64,000 bases of DNA, taken from Schizochytrium sp. TIO01. Taxonomy: Eukaryota > Protista > Bigyra: Labyrinthulomycetes. Position numbers and translations under genes: made by a program. Positions 1 through 11,910 of this stretch are shown piece after piece (within the stretch, counting starts at the first letter, position 1; every line of letters begins with the position of its first letter). The notes beneath the pieces were generated by a model, which was given only the letters and a program-made list of their open reading frames with translations, searched no databases and was not told the DNA's origin. The stretch covers positions 5,240,483 to 5,304,482 of the forward strand of contig SMSO01000032.1 in the NCBI GenBank assembly GCA_004764695.1, given 5' to 3'.

Positions 1-1
1 G

Positions 2-604
2 CAGCGCTACATTAATTACGGTCGAAGTATCGCTTCTGCTCAAGCAGGAACAGTAGCGTAAGTCAAACTCTAGTTCGGCCTATAAGGTATAACCAAACAG
101 AAAAGCTGACTCAAATTGTTTTACAAACTCATGTCTATATACAGCTACATTACGGAGCAAGACCGATTCATTACAGATTTTGCAGCGGAGGAGAAGCGGC
201 GTCGTGAAGAGCAAACGCGTCTCCGAGACATGCAATTGACCACAAGGCGATCCAAAAATGTGGCTGCTGAAGAACAGCGCTGGAAGAAGATAGAAGGTGA
301 ATGGTCCGAACGGGAGGCACGTGAAGCAACGCGCAAGAGCCGTGCAGTTCCTCGTAATGGAAACAGTGTGCCTTATAATCCTCTTACTCTCCAGTACGAG
401 CCGACCCAAGCCGGTGATATGCTTCGCTTTACAGATGACCAAATCAGATTCCGTGCTGCTTTGCGTGCAGAACGCCTTCGTTACCATGAGGCAAAAGAAG
501 GTTTTAATCCGATCACTGGTGAGGCAATGCGGCCAGTTCAAATGCCAAAGGAACCTCAGCCACCAGTTGGGATAGAACAGCCGTCATCGGGCCGTCCGTT
601 CTAG
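2..604 (+). CDS. 3' part of a spliced gene of unknown function (coiled-coil plus YNPLT/FNPITG motifs); predicted intron 58..144; 5' end outside the window
   Basis: GTAAGT donor at 58, GCTGAC branch-like site at 105-110 and TACAG acceptor ending at 144. Splicing joins the open frame QRYINYGRSIASAQAGTVA in phase to YITEQDRF...SGRPF* (ORF 116..604, whose own start is TTG). Confidence 0.65.
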
Positions 605-1108
605 GCGAACTTACCTTTAAAGTGGTACATTTATTCAGACACCTCTGACCAATCTTGATATCTCTACAACTGTATCTTTGTCTTTGCTTTGACTTTTTTG
701 TACAAATTATTACCTTGTTGGAGGCTGAGGCTGTTGATTATGACATTGAACCATGAAGTACAGAACTGCACGAGTTTTCAAGAGTTTTGTTCGTCTGATC
801 CTTGTCACATTACCTCATTATCTGTTTTATGATATAATGCCAACCATACATGTATCCAAATTAATTTCATTAAAAAGAGAAAAGAAAAAAATCTTTATTT
901 GTCTCAGGACATAATTATCGATGGTTTCTCGTTGTTTGGGTTTGCAGAAGTATGTTGACTCTGAAGTCAGTCTGAAATTAGTAGAAGGGTTTGTCAGTTT
1001 TTCGTTATGAGTAGAATAGAGAAACGGTTGAGTTTCTTTCAACAGGTTGTAGGGTTCAATATTCCTACTGAAGGTTATAGCTTGTAAATACCAAGATCAC
1101 TCTCATAT

Positions 1109-2131
1109 CTACGCAGATACTGTGTGGTATTGCTGCATGCAAAAAGATAAAAATGCGCGCAGCTGAAGGTCTTCGTTTGCTCCATCCTCAATTGCTTTGT
1201 CCACTTCACCAAGTCTCACCATAATGTTCGCCTTCTTGTCATCTGTAAAGCTCTCATCAGTCGTGTCTAGCAAGCGCTCTTGGAAACGACGAATCAACGC
1301 ACTAAGAGCAAAACCCTCTGCCTGGAGTTCATCCGCGCAGGTGACAACATCAGCAAAACGCTTAGACTGAATGGCAGACCAAATTTTGTCCATGAACTCC
1401 TCCGGTGGAACGCCGGCAGTTTCTACAATGCTCTCTACGGTAATGCGGCCTTGGTTGTACTCTGATGAACTCTGCAAAAGAGTAATTCCCGAACGCATAT
1501 CACCCTTTGAAACATCGACGAGGGCTTCCATGGCTTCATCCTCAACAGTGAGCTGCTCCGCTGCAGCCACCTCACGAATCTTTGCCGTAAATGACTCCTT
1601 AGAGAGTGGCTGGAATCGGAACTTTGCGCAACGAGAGGCCAGTGGCTCGATAATGCGACTCACGTAGTTACAAATAAGACAAAAACGCGTCACGCGGGTA
1701 TACAATTCCATGGTCCGACGCAGTGCGCTCTGAGCATCTTCTGACATTGAGTCAGCTTCATCAAGAATGATAAGCTTGAAGGGAGGTAGCTTCTTTCCGT
1801 TCAGGGTCGCAGTTCCCACAGAAGTCGAAGCAAAACCTTTCACCTTCTCGCGAACTACCGAAATACCACGCTCATCAGAAGCGTTAAGCTCAAGCACGCG
1901 TTTTTTGTACTCAACAGGACCAAAGATTTGCTTGGCCACTGCCAGAATTGTAGATGTCTTACCAGTTCCAGGGGGTCCATAGAAGAGCAAATGAGGAAGT
2001 CTTCCGGTTTCGATTGAAGACCTTAGAGCAGCGATCACCTCGTCTTGGTGAGAAACCTCATCTACAGTGCGCGGGCGGTACTTCTCTACCCATGGAATCA
2101 GCCGCTCGGGTGTCGCATCGGCATCCGCCAT
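1109..2131 (-). CDS. RFC4: Replication factor C small subunit (human RFC4 / yeast Rfc2 type), AAA+ clamp loader
   Basis: PWVEKYRP, Walker A GPPGTGKTS, ELNASDERGI, PPFKLIILDEADSM, and the SRC motif. First ATG (MADADA) at 2131 in aagATGG context. Confidence 0.93.
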   Translation of the reverse strand: MADADATPERLIPWVEKYRPRTVDEVSHQDEVIAALRSSIETGRLPHLLFYGPPGTGKTSTILAVAKQIFGPVEYKKRVLELNASDERGISVVREKVKGFASTSVGTATLNGKKLPPFKLIILDEADSMSEDAQSALRRTMELYTRVTRFCLICNYVSRIIEPLASRCAKFRFQPLSKESFTAKIREVAAAEQLTVEDEAMEALVDVSKGDMRSGITLLQSSSEYNQGRITVESIVETAGVPPEEFMDKIWSAIQSKRFADVVTCADELQAEGFALSALIRRFQERLLDTTDESFTDDKKANIMVRLGEVDKAIEDGANEDLQLRAFLSFCMQQYHTVSA

Positions 2132-2387
2132 CTTACTCCTTCTCAAATATCAAACCAAAAGCAAAGCTGCTAAGCGAGGCTTACGCACGTTAATCTAATG
2201 GCAGCGGTCAGGGCGTTGCTATCGCGCCCCTGGTACTGGGCGTTTTGATTAGTGCTGCTGAAGCAGATGGTGGATTGCTTTGGATGGCCTTGTTAATCTA
2301 TGATGAAGTTGTGACGCTGGTGTTTTGACCTAACGGCCGGGAAGAGGAACGGTTGAATAGAACGGAACACCTCACCTGATGTGTTCT

Positions 2388-2397
2388 TTTCGCGCGT
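2388..2397. promoter_or_regulatory. E2F/MCB-like cell-cycle element upstream of RFC
   Basis: TTTCGCGC (E2F consensus TTTSSCGC) overlapping ACGCG on the minus strand, about 260 bp upstream of the RFC ATG. RFC genes are classic G1/S targets. Confidence 0.4.
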
Positions 2398-2719
2398 TCA
2401 ATTTATAGCGAGTCAAAAGAACAACTGCCATGAAGTTAAACTCGAGTTTAAAGATAATAGTGCAAGCAGCTGGACTTCATGCGAAGGATGCGGAGAGCGT
2501 AATCAACTCAGGGAATCTCAAAAGACCTGAGGAGTAACTTCGGTTCATCAGTATTTATTAAAGCCGAGGGTTAAGTCACTTTTTCATCATTATTTATTAA
2601 ATAGCGCTTTAGCAAGAGACATGAACTAGCTTGCCTGCTTCGCGAGTGCTTTGACGACAGTGCGCAGTCATCCCCTTCTAAATTTCTTCAGCAGATTGCC
2701 CTCTCGTACGAAGGTGGCA

Positions 2720-3530
2720 CCAGCGTCAAAAGCTCCATATTTGAGGATAGGTTGCCAAATTCTTGTCCATTCCATGTATGTTCCTTACCCCTGTCCGTAT
2801 ATCCGATCCCATGGCAACAACCTTCACTACACTTTGCAAGATGCAAGATATGTGTTTCCCCGTCGCTCCTGGACCCTTCAGCGGATCTCCAGCCTCAAGG
2901 TAACGAGTCAACCTTATCCTAGTTCGCATTTTGATGTGCAGTCTTCGCAGGGGCCACCGCCAACTTGAAGAGCGTTTTCCAAGCCGAGCGAGCTTGCTCA
3001 GGAATCTATCCTTGCGTTCAACTCAATGATCACAGCGTTCTCGATCCCGGTTCGGTCGATCCAACTATCTAATGCACGAGACCTTATCTTGAGGCGGTTC
3101 AGCTTCACTCGGGCATACCCTGAAGTTCTTTCTGTCCATGTCACGCCACCGAAGCAACGGCTGCCGACCTTCCAAGTCAAAATCGCTACCGTCCTCTGCC
3201 GCATCATCTTCGGCAGAGACCTTGAAAGCCGCCGAAGCCACGGTCCGGATCCCTCGCCGGGCTCTGCCTCCGCACGATGCAGGAATGAGCTCGAGGTTAG
3301 CTGTCGCCTTCGTGCCACGGGAGGCGGCGGCTGGGAAAGTTGGAGTTCCTTCTTTGGATCCTGCCACGATTCCACGACTCCACGATTCCACGATTCCACG
3401 ATTGAATGATGTTTGGTTGGATACAATCGATGAGAGCTCTGGTTGGCTGAGACTATGGGAGTTCTGGCGCTCTCGGTGCGATCTTTGGCGTACGTCTTGG
3501 AAGTTCGGGTTGGCACTACTGACATTCATT
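2720..3530 (-). pseudogene. GC-rich degenerate coding relic of unknown family
   Basis: Protein-like segments spread over three frames (EDDAAEDGSDFDLEG / SWIDRTGIENAVIIELNAR / PEQARSAWKTLFKLAVAP / RLTRYLEAGDPLKG) with stops and frameshifts. No recognisable domain. Confidence 0.3.
3364..3403 (+). repeat. 8-bp minisatellite (CCACGATT)x5
   Basis: ccacgatt ccacgact ccacgatt ccacgatt ccacgatt read directly from the sequence. Confidence 0.9.
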
Positions 3531-3923
3531 CGCTCCTTCGGATTGAAGAACGTCGTCGAGTTCGAACTTCGAGTTTGAAGCTGCTGCTTTTTGTGAGTGG
3601 GCTAAAAGGAGCACAAGGTTGAGGTGGGTGGGATCTTGGATTGACAAGGGGTATGTATGTCCACCATGGGCTAAAGGTAGGTTTGCAAGGATGGGCTGAG
3701 GATGGAATGATGGGGTTGGTAGGTACTACCTCCTACCTAGCAGTAGCTAGTAGCTTTTGTTAGGGGTTTAGAAAGGTATCTTTTCTGGTCTAGTTTGTGG
3801 CCGCTGCAGCGACTTGGAGGCCTGCAAACCCGGAATTCGAAGAATCAAAGACTTGAAGAAGAGCAGGGCCTGCTTAGATTGTGCGGAGGGAGTGCCTGGA
3901 GGGTATCGAGGCTGACTAAGAGG

Positions 3924-5060
3924 ATGTCGTCCTCGATTTTTGATCGATTGAGCGAGCTGCCAACATGGGTAGCGCTGGCACCTGTGGTTGTTGGCACACT
4001 CGTGACGCTGGCAGTGAACGCAGAGTGTTATAATAGCGAGGGCAAGCGCAGACCTAAGGAAATGCTGGCAATTCAGACGACAGCCAAAGGCAAAGTGGAG
4101 CTGTGCAAGGTCCCTGTGCCTGTACCAAAGCGTGGGGAAATGCTGGTCAAGGTCAAGTATGCACCAATCAATCCCAGCGATGTGTATTGCGCTATGGACG
4201 TCTTTAACAAGGACCCTCCGTACCCACATGGTATTGGCTTTGAGGGAAGCGGAGTTGTGGTGGGTTCTGGCGGCGGCTTCATGCCGTACTGGGCAACAAA
4301 GCGTCAATGGCGCATCGCAGGGCGATCCTTATTCGGCGAGGGCAAGTTTTGGGCCGAGTATGCTGTAGTGCGTCCAGAGGATATGACGCCACTGCCTGAT
4401 AATGTCGCCCTTCGGGAAGGCTGCTTGTCCAATATCAACCCTCTTACTGCTCTTGGAATGCTTGTAGTCGCTCAGGAAGGCGGCCATAAGGCTATTGTTC
4501 ACACTGCGGCGAGTTCTACCCTTGGTTTGCAACTGATTCGCGCCGCACCGAAATTCAATGTCAAGGTGGTGGCAGTGGTGCGTGGTGATAAAAATGTGAA
4601 GGTTCTCCGCGATCAGGTTAACCACCCAGAAGATCTAATCGTGCGAACTGACGTAGATACTTTCGCCAGTGACCTGAAAAAGGCAGTGCAAAAGGTCGGT
4701 GCAACACTTGCTTTTGATGCGATCAGTGGAGATGTTGCGCGCGTGGTGTATCATGCTTTGCCAAACCGCGCTCGAATGCATACTTATGGCGAGCTTAGTG
4801 GCGAGCCCATGCCCGAAGAGTTGGTCAAGAAGGAGGACCCTAACAAGCCGTACTCGTATTATCTTGTCGGCCCTTGGCTCAATGCCGGAGGCTACTGGCG
4901 TAAGTCGAAGGTTGGTAAGTACCAATATAACTTGCTTGCTGGCGAGCTATCTTCCACTGTTGACAAAGAGTTCGCTATGAACGACCCTGCTCTCATTGAT
5001 GCCATATATGCTTACTCCAAGCATCAAAAGTCTGGCAAAATGGTGATGAAGATGCCTTAA
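3924..5060 (+). CDS. Zinc-free medium-chain dehydrogenase/reductase (2-enoyl thioester reductase-like / quinone oxidoreductase), N-terminal membrane anchor; paralog A
   Basis: YAPINPSD, GFEGSGVVV, WAEYAV, INPLTALGM, VHTAASSTLG, AFDAISG. Hydrophobic WVALAPVVVGTLVTLAV at the N-terminus. First ATG at 3924 (the ORF-track start is not ATG). Confidence 0.88.
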   Translation: MSSSIFDRLSELPTWVALAPVVVGTLVTLAVNAECYNSEGKRRPKEMLAIQTTAKGKVELCKVPVPVPKRGEMLVKVKYAPINPSDVYCAMDVFNKDPPYPHGIGFEGSGVVVGSGGGFMPYWATKRQWRIAGRSLFGEGKFWAEYAVVRPEDMTPLPDNVALREGCLSNINPLTALGMLVVAQEGGHKAIVHTAASSTLGLQLIRAAPKFNVKVVAVVRGDKNVKVLRDQVNHPEDLIVRTDVDTFASDLKKAVQKVGATLAFDAISGDVARVVYHALPNRARMHTYGELSGEPMPEELVKKEDPNKPYSYYLVGPWLNAGGYWRKSKVGKYQYNLLAGELSSTVDKEFAMNDPALIDAIYAYSKHQKSGKMVMKMP

Positions 5061-6399
5061 GACTTCAAGTCTTTAGCCTCCGTGCAGCTTATCTTTGATC
5101 TTTCTAAGATCGATGGAAACGAAAATTTGTAAGAATTTAATTCTAATCATTTTACTTTTGCACCCTCGCTCTTGACTCACGTTCGGAGGCAGAACCTTTC
5201 GAAATCACTTGAAGCTCCAATGACTTGCATATTTAATTTGCATACCAGGTTGTCCTATGCCTTACGAACCTACGCTTGTGAGAATGCTTCGGGGTATAAT
5301 TTTGTTGGACAGGTGCTCATCGATGAAGACTGACTGAAAGCTCCGTCCTTGTGAAATTGCTAGAACTTATAACCTCCGAATGGCAGGTAGTGTCTATTCC
5401 ATAGCAATATAAATGATACATTTAAATTATTTAGATCTTTGATGAGGAGTGGTGTTTGGGTGAGAAACTGGAATGCCCAAGGCTTCCAACACTACGAGTG
5501 AATCAAACCTTCAATTCAAACTATCAAAGCACTTCAACCAGGAAGATTGTCGTCTCAGCAAGTGCCCTTCGGACGCTTTTCTGTAGGCAATAGCATCTAC
5601 GGCTGAGGTTTTAGCTGCCTCACCACCGTCTACGCCGGAGTGTGCTCCGGCAAGCAAAAGAGAATCTCAAATGCCAGATAGGTTACCTACTTCCAGCGTG
5701 CCTATCCAGACGTGTGAAAACGATCGTGTTATCCTTCTGCCTCTCTCAGATGGTCAACAAGTTAACAAGACGAATCAAAATCAAGACGGTTGGAAGGATC
5801 TTTCGTCGCGGCCGTTCTAGCTTCCGCCACGCGCTCATTCACAAAGCCGAGTTTCCCCATTGGTGTAAACTAGAGAGTTGCACTTCAAAGAGACAACCTC
5901 GTAACACATCAAAGCTTTCAAGTACCCCCAAAATGCAAACGTGTAGCCGATCGTGATCCCCACGCCGCCTCCAGAGTCATGTCTTTGCGCTGCCTGTCCA
6001 CGGGCATGATTCTAAAATGTCGTTGGCTCGCGGTCTAGTTTTTAATCCAAGATTGGGCCTCAGCCGCACGTCACCGTGGGAAATGCAGTTTTGCAACTTT
6101 ATTAGTTGAGTACTAAGTGGTATCTTCCCTTTTTAAAACGTTCAATTTTATAATCTTAATTGAATTATAAAAAATTAAAAAAATTGAAAAAAGATCAAAA
6201 AATTAAAACAATGGTCTCTGCGGGGAAATTGAAGATGTTCTCACCCTGCCTCCTCTTCTTTTCACTTCGTGGTCCCACTTCTTTCTGCAGAATTGCAGCA
6301 AAGGTAGTGATCCCAAACGAGATCTGAAGTTTCCTGGCACCAGCTAATCCACATCTTCTATCTTCTTCCCAGTCAGCAAGAAGCCCACTCGAGGAGTTC

Positions 6400-7303
6400 G
6401 TTTCTTCCGGCCAATCCCCTAACTTCCGGGTGTGTACCTGCAAGAGTACCCGCAAATCGAGCGAATCCAAGCCATCAATAAGCCTTCGCCTCGGCGATAG
6501 GTTAATGATTGCGCGAAGACGACGCTGGGCGTAAAGCTCCTCGCCTCCGAGTTCTGCTCTGCGCTCACGCCAGACGTTCCGATTCCCGAGTGCAAGAGAG
6601 TCTGCCTCGACGACCACAACGATGGTTTCCAAACGCAAGCGACGGCCAAGGTTTACGAAGACCCTCTCAAAGGAAGCGCCTAAGCGCCGCTCCTCCACGC
6701 AACAGCTCGCCCTGTGGCCCACGTTTCTGCAAAAGGCTTCACCTGCCGTCGCGCCTGACGTCCAAGACCGCCGGGCGCCGGAGGTTTTCGCCGACCGAGG
6801 CAAGCAAGCTCTTCGAGAACTTGTCCGCAAATTCCAACTTGTCTACGCAAACTGAGCTTCTGGGAGACAGCCACCGAAAGCATCAGCTATGCGTCGAGAG
6901 TGCATTGGGCTCCGGAGACCGCAGGGATGGACGTACGTCCTGAGCAATGCACGGCTCCCAGGACCGCGCCAGCCAAGCGCCAGCCAAGCGCGTTGCACGT
7001 TTGAATGTATCCAAAACTTGGTTCAAATTCATCTTGAACGAGCACGCCAGTTCCTGACGTCCATCACCAGGCAAAACGAGCCCCGCGCAACCTGACATCT
7101 GGCACGACGATTTCTCCGCACCATCCCCGCCTTGAGGACGCGCTTCTCGGCGGGAGTCCACGCCCTGCTGGCCACGGAGAAGCTAGCTCTCGAGCCCGCC
7201 TCCATTGCGGTCTACGTGCGCCATCGCTCATCTCTGACGCATCCGCGCATTCAGAATGTTCCAAATGCGAAGCGTTCTCTTCCGAGAGCTTCTTCTGAAA
7301 GCT
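6400..7303 (+). pseudogene. GC-rich degenerate coding relic between the two MDR paralogs
   Basis: Frame 6622 runs about 225 codons with two internal TGA (6853, 7093). An adjacent frame gives LPGVYLQEYPQIERIQ...LLASEFCSALTPDVPIPECKRVC. Coding-like composition, family not recognised. Confidence 0.35.
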
Positions 7304-7749
7304 AGGAACTCTGGGAGAACAGAACGGTGAAGAACGGAACAGCGTTGCTACCCATTGGCTACTGCCGTCAGTAGGAGTGCGGAGGTTATAAACACTACGG
7401 TTGTAAACACTGTTAGGAATCTGTGGATGACGACGATGATAGGAATTCTTAGGAGCCAAATCTGCCCTTAGCACGGAATGATGTAGGTGAGGATGCAGAT
7501 CCCTAACTTGCGACTCACTTTAGGTCGGCAGTGATAGATTGGATAGTACGTAGGACTGGGAAGAGCTGCACCGGAGAGGAGGGCTTGCAGGACGCCTGTG
7601 GACTTTATTTAGGGAGAGAGGGGTTATTTTGGATAGTTGACTGACGATTATGATGTGATGACTTGTTTTTTGCTTGCTGGACCTGGTCGTTGACTATTGT
7701 GGTGAAATATCTATAGAACGGACTGTACTAGGTACAGAATTGTATCAAG

Positions 7750-8883
7750 ATGGCGCTTGGCGTAGGATATCTTTTGGCCCTGCTGACGGTGCTTGGTGCC
7801 GCTGGCTTGGCAATTCTGGGGAATGAAATGTACTACAACCCGGATGCTGGCAAGGTGCCCACTGAAATGTGGGCCCTGCAGAGCTCTGAAGCCGGCAAGA
7901 TTAGCCTTGACCGTGTCCCGGTGCCCAAGCCTGGCAAGGGTGAGATCCTTGTCAAGGTCCACTACTCCCCGGTGAACCCGAGTGACATCTACAACGCTAT
8001 GGGCACTTCGGACTACGCTCCTAGCCGAGGCCAGTTCCCGCATTTGAACGGCCTTGAGGGCAGTGGTGTAGTTGTTGCCTCTGGCGGTGGTCCTCTCGGC
8101 TACATTTACTCCAAGCTTCAGCTTCGTGTGGCTGCTGTTTCGAACAACCTCAATGGGCAGTTCTGGTCTGAATACGCTGTGACCACCCCTGCATACGCTC
8201 TTCCTCTTCCTGGTGAGGTGGATTTGAAGCAAGGTGCATCCACCTTTGTGAACCCGCTCACTGTCCTGGGTATGCTTGAAATTGCCAACGAGGGTGGGCA
8301 CAAGGGTCTACTTCATACAGCGGCCAGTTCCTCGCTTGGTCTCCAGCTTCTTCGTGCTGCTCCGCGCTATGGTACGACTATTCTTTGTGTGGTCCGTGGC
8401 GAGAAAAATGTCAAGGCGCTGAAGGAGGTTGGTCATCCCGATGATCTCATCATTCGCTCTGACGTCGACACCTTTGAGGATGATCTTAAAAAGGCCATCG
8501 CAAAGTACGAGGTCACGCTTGCTTTTGATGCTATTGGAGGCTCCTTTAGCCGCAAGATTTACGACCTGATGCCTTCAAAGAGTATTGTTTACCAGTACGG
8601 AAAGCTTTCTGGTGAGAAATTGGACGCTGAGTTCATTGAATCCAAGAAGAACGATAAGGACAAGCCATTCAGCTTCTGGCTCGTTGGGCCTTGGATTATG
8701 GAGGGCGGTGGTTTCCGCATGGCTAAGATTGCCTTTAATTTGTACCGTATGCTTCCTAACGAGCTTGCCACCACCTTTGATCGTGAGCTCAAGATGAGTG
8801 ATGAGAATATCATTGATATCCTTTACAAGTATGCTGAGCACCAAAAGGGAGGAAAGATGGTAATCAACACCATTATGGACTAG
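7750..8883 (+). CDS. Zinc-free MDR / enoyl-reductase-like oxidoreductase with N-terminal signal anchor; paralog B
   Basis: YSPVNPSD, GLEGSGVVV, FVNPLTVLGM, LHTAASSSLG, AFDAIGG. Colinear with paralog A. caagATGG start and hydrophobic GYLLALLTVLGAAGLAIL. Confidence 0.92.
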   Translation: MALGVGYLLALLTVLGAAGLAILGNEMYYNPDAGKVPTEMWALQSSEAGKISLDRVPVPKPGKGEILVKVHYSPVNPSDIYNAMGTSDYAPSRGQFPHLNGLEGSGVVVASGGGPLGYIYSKLQLRVAAVSNNLNGQFWSEYAVTTPAYALPLPGEVDLKQGASTFVNPLTVLGMLEIANEGGHKGLLHTAASSSLGLQLLRAAPRYGTTILCVVRGEKNVKALKEVGHPDDLIIRSDVDTFEDDLKKAIAKYEVTLAFDAIGGSFSRKIYDLMPSKSIVYQYGKLSGEKLDAEFIESKKNDKDKPFSFWLVGPWIMEGGGFRMAKIAFNLYRMLPNELATTFDRELKMSDENIIDILYKYAEHQKGGKMVINTIMD

Positions 8884-10698
8884 TCAAAATAGCACATTTA
8901 TCTTTTGTAAATGAATCAATTTCCCCCCTTAAACTGCCTTTCCATGAAAATAATTAAGTTACTGCCAGTCCTCACTTTGAATGGAGTTACTTGTTGCTTT
9001 TGCTTCTTTTGCTCCAAATCCATTCATCTCTTAGAGCTTCGCAAATCATTGCTTGGTATTTGTACCAAGCACTTCCCAAGTTGAGAGAGGGACGCATCTC
9101 AATCCCACTTGAAATTCGCCGGCCAGCTTCAAGGTTCCAAAAATTTATTTGGTATGGAATTCGCGAATACCTATTCTTAGAGCCAATTCCCATGTTCCGT
9201 ATATTCACTTTGTGAAGCTTTGATGTTCTGTTTTTCAATTTTTCTACGCCGTGATTGTCTCTTCCCTTTTCCGACGCCGTGATTGTCAAGATCAAATTAC
9301 TTGACTTTCATCAGAATGGCTGGTGAAGGAAAATAAGAAAGTTCGAAGATGAAGTTGGAACTGGAAAGTCGAAGACCTATTGAGGTTTTTCGAGTAAGTG
9401 CAACACATTTTGGGACCCTGGACAGATATTTCCTTCATGAAATAATTCAATCATAACAAATGATGGCTTACCACATGCACACCTCTAAGGACAACGAAAA
9501 CTCATTTTTGCAGTTTTGTTAAATTTCAAAATGAATATGAGAAGATGCGTCAGCCTACGATCCGCGAATCGATCCCTCGCTTGAATTTATAATTGTAAGA
9601 AGCATTTTGGAAAAATTGTGTAGGGTGACTCTGAAGTTTAAATTATTTTAGGGTGGGATCCTTTCAAAATCTTCTTGGCGAAAACTGTTTCAGTTATTTT
9701 TAAATGTTTTAAAAAGAAAAAAGTCAAAGCTGGAAACTTTTAAAACGGTAGGGTGAACTAACAGCTAAGCTAAATTGAAGTTCTATGTTACGGCCTTCAG
9801 AAAAGAGTCCCTATGAATGTCTTAAGCTTTAGGGAAAGGAAAATGTAACATTTTTGTGTTTTCCTTATAGTTTGTAAGTAATCTCGCGACTTTAAGCTTC
9901 GTAAATATTGCAGAACAGGAAAGAAATCTGGTTTTTGCAAAGGGTGAAGTTCTGTGGGCGTTTTTCTAAAATTTCCCCAAGATTTTCACGCTACGAGATT
10001 AATGACGTTAAGAGATTGGGAGGAGAGAATTAGAAAAGGAAACATTATCTACTGGTTTGGGTGTCGAATGAAATTTTGAGTGCAAAGCAAACATTAATGC
10101 ACTCCCTAAGACGAAAGATGCTGGATGGAGGCGTCTTCTTGGCTCAAGCCAAGCATATTTGCATCAAAGGTACATTAGAAACATTACGTAAGCAAAGGCG
10201 ATGGAAAGACAAAAAGGAGAATGAGGAAATTTGCAAACTCAACATCAACGATAAGTGTCTGTCTGTCACAGATGGCTCGAAGATAATACAACTTAGAGCC
10301 AGCAAATGGAAAGAGAAGAATAAAAGTCTTGAAATGCAAATAAATGCATGAGAATTAAGAGGGATCGAAAAGCAAAATATACTAGCAGGAGTATTTCTGC
10401 GCAGTCAATTCGTGCAAGGGCAGGCTCTGCCCATAGAAGCAAAAGACCCAGGAGCTGTTTGTTATTTCTCCCCACTGACCACTCCAAGTGCTTACCGCCC
10501 ATGAAGAACTAGTAGGCTGATGATGGTAAGCAGATTTTGCAGCAGAGGAGATGGATGCTCCTTATTTTCGGGCGTTTATCTATATGGAATGCAACACCGA
10601 GCGAACAACGATTAGGGTGGTATAGTTGCTTGCAGGGTGGGAGTGTAAACGCAAGGGATAGCGCTCGCTATGTGTGGAAGTTAGCCTTGCGCGGCTAC

Positions 10699-11910
10699 TT
10701 AGAGGGCTCCGAGAACCTTGGCAATGAGTGCCATGCGCACGTACATACCGTTCTCCATCTGGCGAAAGTAAGCAGCGCTGGGGTAAGAGTCAACATCCTC
10801 TGCGATTTCTCCAACTCTGGGCAATGGGTGCATGATGGTGCAGGTGTTCTTGGCGCCCTGGAGAGACGCATGGTTGACAATAAAAGATCCCTGGACCTTC
10901 TCGTACTCCTCAATCGAGTCAAAGCGCTCCTTCTGGACACGAGTTACATAGAGAACGTCTGTTTCAGCAATAACCTCAGCAAGATCGGTGTACTCGTTCT
11001 GTGAAATCACAACTCCCAGCGAGGATACCATTTCCTTGACCTTCTCAGGCATCTTGAGGCCAGGCGGTGTCACATAGTTAAGCTTGACGTTGTACATAGC
11101 CAAGAGCATAGCGAGAGAGTGTGTGGTGCGTCCGTACTTAAGGTCTCCGAGCATGGTGATAGTGAGGCCCTCAACAGCTCCGCCCTGCTCGCGCATGATA
11201 GTGTACAGGTCGAGGAGCGCCTGTGTCGGGTGTTCTCCGGCGCCATCTCCAGCGTTGAGCAGGGGTTTGCGCATGTAGGAGCTGACATCCTGAACGCTTC
11301 CCTTCTCAGGGTGGCGAAGAACAAGGATATCAGAGTAGCACTCGATGCAGCGCATGGTGTCCTGGAGGGTCTCACCCTTCTTGATGGAGGAGTTCTCGCT
11401 AACGTTGATGTAGGTGCCACCAAGTCTGAGCATGGCAGTAGCGAAGGAGCAGTTTGTGCGAGTGCTAGGCTCGTAAAACACAAGGCCAAGAACCTTGTGC
11501 TTGCAGCAGTCGAGCACGCTCATGTCAGCGCCCTCGTCTCCGTTGACGGCGGCCTTGCACTTGTCGGCTGCCACGAAGAGCTCATTGATACCCTCCTTGG
11601 TAAAGTCGTGCACAGACAGCACGTGATGTCCCTTCCACGTCATGATGTCTCCAAGGTCGATTGAGCTCACCGAAGACCCCCTTCGCCTTTTCCCGCTCTT
11701 GCTCTGGAGGTTCAAGTTACTCTTTTGGATACGATTGCCGTCCTCTGCTACGGACAGCCTTCGTTTTCTCGAGTGGCTCTCCTCAGCCGCTGCTGCAACT
11801 GCTGTGGCTACCGAGGCGTCGCTTTCGCTGTAAATTCGAGCTGCGGTCGCGCGAGGAGGCAGGCTCTCTGAGTCCTGCACCTCGGCGCCGCTCCAGTCCT
11901 CCGTGCCTAT
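10699..11910 (-). CDS. pyrB: Stand-alone aspartate carbamoyltransferase; catalytic part from ATG 11643 (314 aa), with an open 89-codon N-terminal extension back to ATA 11910
   Basis: FYEPSTRT carbamoyl-phosphate loop, KGETLQDT, VLRHP, NAGDGAGEHPTQALLD, GDLKYGRT, YVTRVQKER, MHPLPR, YFRQMENGMYVRMAL. The true start is uncertain (see findings). Confidence 0.93.
   Translation of the reverse strand: MGTEDWSGAEVQDSESLPPRATAARIYSESDASVATAVAAAAEESHSRKRRLSVAEDGNRIQKSNLNLQSKSGKRRRGSSVSSIDLGDIMTWKGHHVLSVHDFTKEGINELFVAADKCKAAVNGDEGADMSVLDCCKHKVLGLVFYEPSTRTNCSFATAMLRLGGTYINVSENSSIKKGETLQDTMRCIECYSDILVLRHPEKGSVQDVSSYMRKPLLNAGDGAGEHPTQALLDLYTIMREQGGAVEGLTITMLGDLKYGRTTHSLAMLLAMYNVKLNYVTPPGLKMPEKVKEMVSSLGVVISQNEYTDLAEVIAETDVLYVTRVQKERFDSIEEYEKVQGSFIVNHASLQGAKNTCTIMHPLPRVGEIAEDVDSYPSAAYFRQMENGMYVRMALIAKVLGAL

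Noticed and set aside
9246-9287. 14-bp direct repeat ACGCCGTGATTGTC x2
   Set aside because: Only two copies with a 14-bp spacer; local duplication, not CRISPR-like.
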